This document shows positions 46,759-57,057 of a DNA stretch of 64,000 nt, piece after piece. Origin of the DNA: Guillardia theta CCMP2712 (Eukaryota > Protista > Cryptophyta); NCBI RefSeq assembly GCF_000315625.1, contig NW_005434671.1, positions 975,393 to 1,039,392 of the forward strand, given 5' to 3'. Below the pieces are notes generated by a model, which made no database searches, was not told the origin of the DNA, and saw only the letters and a list, made by a program, of their open reading frames with translations. Made by a program: the position numbers and the translations under genes. How positions within the stretch are numbered: the first letter of the stretch is position 1; every line of letters starts with the position of its first letter.

Positions 46759-49668
46759 ATGAGGATTCTCGTAGTCGCAACGATCTTGGCGGCATGGCCG
46801 TGCGAGGCGATTGAGCTCTCCTCCTCCTCCCTCTCCTCCTCCCATGCACGTTCTGCTCCCTCCTCCTCCTCCTCCTCCTCCTCCTCTCTGTCTTCGTCCA
46901 CGCCATTCCCTCGCTCTACATCCATGCTCCTCGATCAGTTTCATTCCCAGCCATTCCAACTGTCCAAACTTCCGCAGACTTTGTCCGCGTCCTCACCCCA
47001 GCCTTGTCACCTGATGCTACGAGGAGGAGGATTTTTGGGGTTGGGGAAGAAAAAGTCTACTCCCTCCCCCCCTGAACGATCTGCGAGTGAAATCTCCAAT
47101 GAGAAGCTTCGCCTGCAGATGGGAGCCCTCGGCTCGGCCTCGGTCTTGTACGGCTTCTTTGCTGTCAGCACCAGCGATCTCATGAAACGAACCATCTTCG
47201 GGCTCCAGTCATGGCAGCTCATGATCAGCGGAGGATACGGTGCGATGCTCTAGGTCCCTCGTGCGTGGCCGCCCCGTTGACTCCCTGCTTTACAGCTCTC
47301 TTCTTCTGCGCAAACCTGATCCCCGGCCGCCTCGACACTGTGCTGGGGAGGCCCAAGAGGACGGACTTGCGCTTCTTCACGCCTGCTGGGTTCGCGTTCG
47401 CCATCTGGGCTCCGATCTTCCTCGGGGAGATGCTCATGATGTTCTCCGTGCTCATGCCGGGTGAGGGAAGACGCTGCTGCGGGTGGTGGCGATGAACCGT
47501 CCAGCCCCACCTCCTCCGCCACTCCCCTTTCTCCTCCCTCTCTTCTCCTCCCTCTCTCCTCCTCCGTCCTCTCGCCGTCTCCTTCCTATCTCTTTCTTCC
47601 TCTCTCCGTCCTTAGCGCCAACCTTGTGTCGTCGAAGCTGTCTATCCCCGATTGCTCGCCTCCTTCTCAACTCTTTTGCTCTCGCGCTCATCTTTTCGCT
47701 TCAGATTCTCTTCGCTCTCCTGGCTCGGGTTGGCTCGAGGCGATGGCCCCGTCCTATGCAGCTGCTTCTGTCGCACAGGTAGGAGAGGAGGGGAAGGGGG
47801 AAACTTTGAGGATGGGAGGGAAGGTGGTGGAGGGGAGGAGAAGCTGTTTGACAACAAGAACTGCAGGCGCTATGGTGCCTTGCATTCCGACCATGGGCGT
47901 TGAAGTATCAGTGGGTGAGAAGAATTACTTGACCTGATAGTCTGTTGCTTCCTTTACCTCAGTGTTACTCCTCCTCGACTTCGTGTTCATCCTTTCTTCT
48001 GTTCAATCTACCAAACGTTCTTCTCCTCACCCGTTCTGTCGCAGATTCCCGCATCTCTCCTCACCATCGCTGCACGTGAGTGACTGGCAGCAGCGGCGAC
48101 GTTGAAACTCACGATGTGCCAGTTGCTCTGTTCGAGTCTCACAGACATGTCGCGTCTTCCTACTCCATGTCTGGTGCAGGTGATATTCCATCGCAGCACG
48201 AGGGGAGGGGGAGGGAGAGGGAGAGGGAGAGGGAGAGGGAGAGGGAGAGGGAGAGGGAGAGGGAGGGAGGGAAAGAAGAGAGGAGGGGAAGCAGGAGGCG
48301 GAGTGGGGGGAAGCACTCAACGAATTTCTCATTATATTGCAGCTTCCCTCTGGAGCTTGTTTGCCTGCAGGATCCCTGTCGCCCTCCATTTCGGGTGGAT
48401 CACTGCGGCTGCGGCTCTGAGCTGGAATGGACAGGTGATCCCACATATGATTCTACATATGATCCCACGTATGATTCTACATATGATCCCACATATGATT
48501 CTACATATGATCCCACATATGATTCTACATATGATCCCACATATGATTCTACATATGATCCCACATATGATTCTACATATGATCCCACATATGATTCTAC
48601 ATATGATCCCACATATGGCTTACCACCCCCCCCACCCTCACTTGCCCCTGCCCCTGCCCCTGCCCTTGCTCCTTCCCCTCCTGTGTCTCCTCCTCCTCCT
48701 CCACCCTACCAGGTCATTCGGAACCTTGAAGTCTTGTCTTGCCTTGCCTTCTCCTCTGATCAGCTGAACTTCTTCTCAGCTTGCCTCCATGGGCTCGAGC
48801 ATTCCCATCCGCATCACTAGCGCAACGCTCTCATGCTATGCAGCAGCAGCGTTTCTGGGGTACCTTCCTGCTCCTTCTCCTGCTTCTTTCTCTTCCTCCT
48901 CCTCCTCCTCCTCCTCCTCCTCCTCTACTGCTGCTATTGCTGCTTCTTCCCCCCCCGTTCCCATCCCTTCTTCTTTCACGATTCCCTGTCCCCAATCCCC
49001 GGTCTTCCCCTCTCTCTTCCTGCTCTAATCCTCCTCGTTTCTTCTTTCCGGCATCACTCCAACCTTGTCTTGTTGATCGTTTGCATGTCAGTGTGACTTC
49101 CATCGTTCGTGGGGATGGCTGGCCTGCCGCGACAGCAGCGTGGGCGCTGTATGCAGTCAGCAAGGTGAACTGCTGTTCCTCTTGCTTCTCCTCGTCCTCC
49201 TCCCCCTCAGACTTCTCCCATCCCCTCGCGTATCCTTTCCCTCGACATGCTCTCTCCCTCCTCCCCTCCTCCTTCATCACCCACCTTCCTTCTCCTCCAC
49301 CTCCTCACTCTCCTCAGGGCCACGAGGTTCTCCGAGGTGCAGTGGACAACGCAGCTATCGATGCTCTGAACCTCGCAGCTCTTCTCTCCTCCTCCGCCTC
49401 GCTCGCCATGGTGACCAGCTCGCGTCCTCTTCCCCCCTCATCCTCATGCAGGCTGTTTTCACCTGGGCCATCCCCTTCTTCTCCTCCGGCAAGACCTGCG
49501 CCTGCGCCTGTGTTTGAGCTCCTGCGTCCTCCCCCCTTCCATCCTCTCCCCCCCCCTCCCTCTTTCTCTTCACTTCCCTTCTTCCCGCCTGCTCGTCATG
49601 GTGTGGCGGGTCAGCAGAGGAAGGGAGCGGACGAGCACGCGACAGGAAGTTGTATCAGTGAATGGTAG
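46759..49668 (+). CDS. Multi-pass membrane protein of the TspO-like 'PAGxAFxIW' family with a signal peptide and LRGG, multi-exon; 3' end uncertain
   Basis: MRILVVATILAAWPCEA...LMLRGG, FTPAGFAFAIWAPIFLGE, IPVALHFGWITAAAALSWN and AWALYAVS. Confidence 0.65.
48437..48617. repeat. Intronic 24-bp minisatellite (gatcccacatatgattctacatat), ~7.5 copies
   Basis: Read directly from the sequence. It is built from two alternating 12-bp variants. Confidence 0.95.
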
Positions 49669-49721
49669 TCGTCTTTGATTTCACATAAAACATTCCTCCT
49701 CTGCCTCCTCCTCAGATCTAC

Positions 49722-51936
49722 TCAGACCGGCTCCATCTGCCTCCTCCTCAGTTCCACAGAGCTGACTTTGTGCGCAAACCGCAGGGAGTTGATGCTCTCC
49801 TGCTCCAAGGTGAGAAATAAGGACAGGGAAGGGGAATAGAAGGAAGAGGGGAAGGAGGAGGCGGAGCAGAAGAGATGATGGTGGGGAAGGAGCAGGAGGA
49901 GGAGGAGGTGAAGGTGATGGTGGTGAGGAACGAGGAGGAGGAGGAAGAGGAGAGGATTACAGGGAGATGAGCCTTGACAGGTGAGATGTTGACAAACATA
50001 AGGCACTTGCAGTCTCCCCCCAGACACCTAACAACAAGTGAACATAGAAGTTCTGCATCTCCTCCTCCTCCTCCTCGTCCTCGTCCTCCTGCTCGTTGCC
50101 CACCACCATCTTTTCCTCTCGTCCTCGTCCTCGTCCTCCCTTCCATCCTTCACTTACGGTTGCAGCAGGTAGGTCAGCTTGCTGTTGCGGAAGGGAACGT
50201 GTCCTTCGCGATTAGCGAGAGCTGCAAGAAGACGATCAGAGAGCGAGGAGGAAGAGGAGGGAGAGGAAGAGGAGGGAGAGGAAGAGGAGGGAGAGGGAGA
50301 GGAGGGAGAGGGAGAGGAGGGAGAGGAAGAGGAAGAGGAGGGAGAGGAGGAGGGAGAGGAGGAAGGAGAGGTTGGTGGAAGGAGAGGAGGAAGGAGAGGC
50401 GGAGGGGGCGGTACCGAGCAAGGAGGAAGCGAGTAAGGGAGGGAGGGAGTAGCAGTGGGGAGACACAAGGAGGAGAAAGGAGAGCGCAGCAAGGAGGAAG
50501 GGAGGAAGAAGGGGGGGGGGGGACAAGGAGGAGAATGTTTAGAGGGTGAGGAGTGGAGAAGGAGGGGTAGAGCCACCGGAGATGACATCGCAGAGGCTGC
50601 TCAGGCTCTTGTTGATCGACTGCGTCTCCCTCAGCCGCTCTCCCTTGTCGTTGGTTCGGTCTCCTGCTGCACGTCAGATGTTACTGGAGAGATCGAGAGG
50701 GAAGGAGGGAGAAGGAGGAAGGAGGAGGAGGAGGAGGAGGAGGAGGAGGAGGAGGGGAAGAAGGAGTAGATGGAAGGGGAGGGGCGAAGGAGGGGAGGAA
50801 GAACTCTACCTTGATCGCTTGTTCCACTTCCTGCCTTTGCCAGCCTCTCCGAGCCCGCAAGGTCGATGAGGTTGAGGACTCCGTAGACCACCTGGCGAGG
50901 AACAGGATGAGAGGAGCAGGATGAGAGGAGCAGGACGAGGAAGGGAGAGAAAAGTTGAAGAGGATGGAGAATGAGGAAGGGTGAGGAGATGGAGAAAGCG
51001 GAAAGGTATCGAGTAGAAACGGATGGGGAGAATGGTGGGCGCCGCTCCAGTAGAAGAAGCTAGGAAGAGAGAGGGGGGAGGCACGAGGAGGAGAAAGGAG
51101 GAGGAGGAAGAAGGGAGAGACGCAGTGAGGAGGGACGCAGTGAGGAGGGACGCAGGACCTCCTGGGTGACGGGGTGAATGCCCTTGATGTTCATGGTGAA
51201 GACGGAGTGAGATCTCGAGCTGCCTTCGTTGTGCTGCGTAGCTGCTGTGGCGCGAGCTTCCGTTGCCTGGAGGAGAACGAGGAGGAGGAAGGGGAGGAGG
51301 AAGAAGGGGAGAGGAGAGGAAGCCATGTGAGAGAAGGTTGAAAAGGAAAATGGTGAAGATTGTGGCAGGTGAAGAGAAAGGTGAAGATGGGGAGAGGAGG
51401 GGAAGAGAAGCGGAAGAAGTGAGGAGGGTGAGGGAAGGAATATTCAAGAAGCCCAAGAGCAGAAGGGGAGGAGGCAGAAGGGAGGAAGGGGAGGGAAGCA
51501 TTCCAGGATCCCCTTGTAACGAGGAGGAAGGGAGGAACAAAAACAGAAACTCCTGTCTCACCCTTCGCAGCAGCTCAATGACATCCGCCTCCTGCTCAAC
51601 TTGCATGATCTGCAAGTTTGTGACCTGCGCTTGTCTCCCATGATCCACATGTTTGATCTCAAGCTTCCGATGCTCCTGCAAGAAACGATAGTAAGATCCC
51701 TGCCGCGCCTCCTCCTCCTCCTCCTCCTCCTCCCTCGCTCTTCATCACCTGCCCAGGGCTCGCCAGCAGGTCTCGCAGGGCCTCATTGTAGATCTCGAGG
51801 AAGCTGACTGACATCTCGTAGCTCCATCCCCCCTCCCTGAGGCCGTTGACCTGCCAAGCCTTGCCGTTAGATGGCGAACTCGAGCTGCACTTGAGGTGAT
51901 AAGCAGGGAAGGAGAGTAGTGGTGGTGGAGGGGGAG

Positions 51937-52014
<78 letters not shown>

Positions 52015-54553
52015 TGAGCAGGAGAAGAAGAGTAGTGAGGAGGAGGAGGAGTAGAAGTCAGGATGAGTAGAATTGAGGAGGAGGGAGATTGTGATGACGA
52101 CGACGAAGGGAATGCAGAACAAGGAGTTAGGAGCGAGAAAGAGGCAGCGGTGGAAGAGACCTCCTGGAAGATCATCTCAACGGCTCGAGGTATGACGCCT
52201 CTCCCCTTCGTGTCATCGAGATCTGCCACCCTCTCCCCTCCTCCTCCCTCTCGCGCTGGTCCCGTCATGGTGTACGTCTTCCCGCTTCCTGCGCGTTGAG
52301 AGTTCAAACACTGTAAAGAGGAGGAAGAGAAATTCAAGAGAGGAAGGGAGGAGGAGGAAGGAGGAGGAGGAGGTGGAAGGGAGGAGGAAGGGAGGAGGAG
52401 GAGGAGGAGGAGGAGGAGGAGGAGAAGGAGGAGGAGGAGGAGGAGGAGGAGGAGGANNNNNNNNNNNNNNNNNNNNNNNNNNNNNNNNNNNNNNNNNNNN
52501 NNNNNNNNNNNNNNNNNNNNNNNNNNNNNNNNNNNNNNNNNNNNNNNNNNNNNNNNGTCGCTCCATGCCGTGTCGAGGAGGTGATAGTAGGAGCAGGATT
52601 TGTCCAAACGTCCTGGCGCAACTCCAGTGAGGAGGAGGTAAGCTACGCTCGTATCTTATATATCTCGAGATATGCGAACCATCATAGCATCGAGTTGTGC
52701 TCCTGCCGAAAAACGCAAGAGTACGTCATATTTTATATCTTGCTCTAACACGTGCGAATCCGGGATGCGCGGCTGGTGGGTGATACGCACCCGGTCAGAG
52801 AAAAAGGATGTCCAGGCCCGCACCCCCCAGTGGTCTGAGTCTCGGCCATTTCACCCCCCCCCCCCCCCCTGCCCCTCTCGATCCTCGCTCCCTCCTCCCA
52901 TCCCCCTCTCCTTCCTCCTCCCCTTCCTCTCTCTCTCCCCACCCCTCTCACCCTCCCTTGCATCACCTGCAGAAGACTCGGATGTTCCCCTTCAGCTCCT
53001 GCACAGTGTTGTGAAGTTTCCGTCGGACGACAAGGTCCTGTCGACGCGCTTCCTCCAGCCTATGGCGAAAGAAAATGAGCAGCCCTCCTCCTCCTCCCCC
53101 CTCGCCCTCGTCCTCATGCTCGATCCCATCACCCTAGTCTCCAACAGTCCCTACTCCTCCCGCTCTCCTCCTTCGTCCTCGTCCTCCTCGTCCTCACTTG
53201 GCATTCTGCTCCCTTAGGCTGCTCACTTCCTCCGCCAGTCTCGTCAGTTCCTGTAGCGGTACAACTCAGTCATGATATCTCATCAAGATTCTCCTCGCCA
53301 TCACCTGCTTGCACCTCCACACCAGCGTCACCCCTTCCCCTCCTGCCCGACGAACTCGCTCCAGCTCCCACGTCACCTTCGATCCCGTCAGATTCCGAGC
53401 CTTCCCTCCACTTTCCCTCCCCTCCTCTCTCTCTCTTCCTCCTCTCCCTCCCTCCCTCCCTCCCTCCCTCCCTCCTCGTCTCCCTCTCCCTCTCCCTCCT
53501 CCTCCCTCGCTCACCCTTGCAAGCTGCCTGCGGACTCTGCGCATCTCCTTCTTGGCCACGTGGACTGATCTCTCCGCGGACTCCTTTTCTGCCTCCAACC
53601 GCTTCACCTGAGCGTTCAACGACATGAGCAGAGGAAGGGAGCGGGAGGACACGGGGGGAGGAGGAGACGGGGGGAGGAGGAGATGGGGGGAGGATGGAAG
53701 ACGAGAGGAGGGTAGTGAGAAGAAAGGAGAGAAGGAAACGGAACGAGACGGAATGACAAGGGAGGGCAAGAAGGAAGAGAGGAAGGGAGAGAAGGGGACT
53801 GGAGAGGAGAGGATGGGATGGGATGGGATGGGATGGGATGGGAGAGTATTTTGCCTCCTCTGTCTTTGCTGCGATGATCTCTTTCATTCGTTCCAGCTCC
53901 TCGTTGTTCTGATCCACTCCAACTGAGTTTCCGGAGGACGCAAGTCTGTCCCTCAGCCGGCTGATCTCCAGCGACTGCTCCTCGATTGCTCCCTTCAGCC
54001 GCATGTTCACCTGCACCCCCGTCACTTCATCGTACACGCACATCCTCCTCCCTCTCTCCTCTCGCCCCTTTCGTTCCATCTTCCCCTTCCTATTTCTCCC
54101 CCTTCCTCCTCCTTCAATCCATCTTGATCTCGTGTGCTCTGAATTCTGTATTCCTCTAATTCCTCTGGCTCCTTCTCCCTCTCTCTCCTCCTCCTCTCCT
54201 CTCCTCTCTTCCTCTCTGTCTACCTGTTCAGCAACTGCTCTTGCGTCCTGCGCATCCTCTAACTCCCGCTCCAGCTTGTCCAGCTCCAGCTCCATCGCCA
54301 TGTTCGCTGTGTCATCCACACTCCCCTTGATGTCTTCGTTCAGCTGCATCGCACTCGAGTCTCCCTCCTGCTCATGTCCAGGCCCATCGAACGCGTTGTT
54401 CCTCTCCAGGACCTGCTGGATTTTCGTGTCCAGGGGGGAAAGTGGAGTCTTTTGAACCATCATGATGTTTTCTGCAGATGCAGACGACAGTGGCATGCAG
54501 ACGATGATGAGCAGGAGCAGCAGCCATGGCAAGGACAGTCTTCGAAGCGACAT
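49722..54553 (-). CDS. Kinesin-14 (C-terminal motor, Kar3/KIFC1-like) with an N-terminal signal-peptide-like sequence, multi-exon; part of the motor lies in an N gap
   Basis: Neck RRKLHNTVQELKGNIRVFCR, then [68 protein letters not shown] and ESINSLRFAHKV. Confidence 0.85.
52457..52556. other. Assembly gap (further gaps at 56591-56690 and 63108-63220)
   Basis: Runs of N. The gaps at 52457 and 56591 abut (GGA)n tracts. Confidence 0.95.
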
Positions 54554-57057
54554 GCTGCTGCTGCCCCACCCGTCAGGGCAGTTCACCTTCCCCTGCAGAG
54601 TTGTGCCAACCACGGAGCCCCTGTGGCGACAATGGCGCGACAGGTCCAGTGCAGAGCGTCTCTGAGGGCAAGCCAAGGCGTTGGGGCGACTTTCTCCTCG
54701 CTTCGAAGACGATGACAGCATGTCGAACTTGTGCAGTGCGAGGTGGGAGGAGAAGAGGGCTTCTGATAGTAGACGAGGAAGGGGAACGGGAGTGGCTTCG
54801 TACACGGTCTGACAGATCTCGATGAGTCGTGAGAGGACGGGGAAGAAAGTTGTGCGGGGGGAGGCACATATGCTGAGAGACGAAGAGGATGGTCCCCTGT
54901 CGTGGTGCAAGGGATGGCTGCATGCCAAGTAGCACAGCGATGGCGGGAGGTGGGCCACGAAGGAAGGGGGAGCGAGGGATGGGATGGGGAGCCAATCAAG
55001 GATGATTGGGAGAGAGAGATGGAGGAAAGAGGCGAGGAGGGAGGAGAAGAGGAGAGGGATAGGGAGGAGGGAGGAGGAGGATTGCTCCTCCTCTTCCTCC
55101 TCGAACCACCGCAACATGGGCGCTCTAGTAGAGCCATTAGCGGGATTCTGCTAGTGTAGTGGGGTACGTCGCCAATCGGGTGGGTATTTCTTGCTTGTGG
55201 GTAGGTGGACAATTTTGATACGGGTCCTAGAACATCAATTTGCAGTGAAAGACAGGGTACTCATAGGACCTTGAATAGATTGACCAGGGTACTTTAGAAT
55301 TGAAGGGGGTGATCATCAGAATTGGAGGGGTAGTAGATTTGAATAGCAAGGAGATTTCGGTGTGAGGGGAGGGGTAGTAGGGGTACTAGGATTGGAATCA
55401 TTGGGGTGGTGCCCTAGGAAACTAAGGTCAATGGCTGGGTGGGGTACTTTTACACTCATGGAGGGGTAGGGTGGGGTGAATATTGGGCATCGTCAATGGT
55501 AAGAACGGAGGGGGGACGCGTGAAGGCGACACATAAGGAGAGGAGAGGAGAGGAGAGGAGAGGAGAGGACATGGCCCGAGGTTGAAGGACGTGAGATGGT
55601 ATGAGAGAATATGGTATGGCAGGGTAGGACATGGCGTGAGAGGGCAGGACGGGACGGGGCAGGACAGCAGGGCAAAGACACGGCGTAGCATGACTGGGCA
55701 AGGTACAGAGGGTGAGGTCAGGAGCAGAACAGTGAGAGAGACGAGAACGTGCTGCTGTCGCAAGAAGAGAAGGTAGGGGGTATATGCAGTAGTGGCGGAG
55801 AGAGACATGGAGGTTAAGGGGGACTAGAGAGGAGGGACCGGGAAAAAGAATGGCAAGATAACGATAATGAGTTGAGCTCAACTAGTTTTGGGTGACGACT
55901 AAGGTCATGTTGGGAGAACAGAACACTCTGAGTGTAGAGCGATGACAGCAGAGAGGGCATGAATGTGTGTCGAACAACCAGATGGTCCAAGACATGCAAG
56001 TTGATTGACCTGGAAGGACTGAGGAGGATTTGTATCAAGTGAGCAGAGGACTAAAAAGAGCATAAGAACATGAGAGGAGTTCCGATAGAGCGGGGAACAT
56101 TCAGCAGTGATCTTGTCTCACTTGAAGCTGCAGTCTGCAATCTTCAACTTTCAGAGCTTGCTAATCGTCCTCCTCCTCACCATCTGCACCTGCGCCTACG
56201 TCAGAGCGAATTTTCCTTCGATCCTCGATAGAAACAAGTCCGGGTGAGTGAAGTTGGAGAGGACAACGATGGATGATTGGTGCTTGTGATGACTGGTGGA
56301 GGGTTTTCTCGCTGATCGTTCTTGCGGTCCATCATTGCAGAATGTACAGCTGTGTGTATTCGCTGATGGGTGGGTGTGCTGCAGATTTCTTGGGTTGTTT
56401 TGGAAAGCTGCGAGGATAGGAGAGCGGTTATCACCCTGGGTGTCGGCGAGTTGTATTGCGATGGCGTTCTCAGTGTTGTTTCTGAGTTGATGGGAATGAA
56501 AGCAATGAATTGAACAATGGCAGGAGGAGGAGGAGGAGGAGGAGGAGGAGGAGGAGGAGGAGGAGGAGGAGGAGGAGGAGGAGGAGGAGGNNNNNNNNNN
56601 NNNNNNNNNNNNNNNNNNNNNNNNNNNNNNNNNNNNNNNNNNNNNNNNNNNNNNNNNNNNNNNNNNNNNNNNNNNNNNNNNNNNNNNNNNGAGGAGGAGG
56701 AGGAGGAGGAGGTGGTGGTGGTGGTGGTGGTGGTGGTGGTGGTGGTGGTGGTGGAAGCAAAGATGATGACGTCGACAACGACAACCCTTGTCATGAGATT
56801 TCTTGCTACGAAGAAGCAGGATCCTGAACGTCTATCATCTTCCTATCCCATCCCACCTCCTCACCGGAAAGACTCTCGTGCCCTCAGAGTGCAGCGTGTG
56901 TTTGAGCAGGCAGGGCAAGAGGAGGCAGTGCGGCAACTGATTTCACTGACAAGAACCAGCAGCAAGAGACCACATCTCGACAAGTTACATGTACATCTCA
57001 GAATCCTTCACTTGTCCCTGGACAAGCTCGAAAAAAATCGTGCGGGAAATTTCTTCT

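Noticed and set aside
48080-48820. ORFs with (DPTYDSTY)n or (MIPHMILH)n repeats
   Set aside because: These are translations of an intronic minisatellite.
53270-55117. 615-aa single ORF
   Set aside because: It reads through low-complexity, stop-poor introns. Only parts of it are kinesin exons.
55428-57050. Possible gene between the kinesin and DXS
   Set aside because: Only low-complexity ORFs, a gap and no recognisable motif. I could not build a consistent exon chain.
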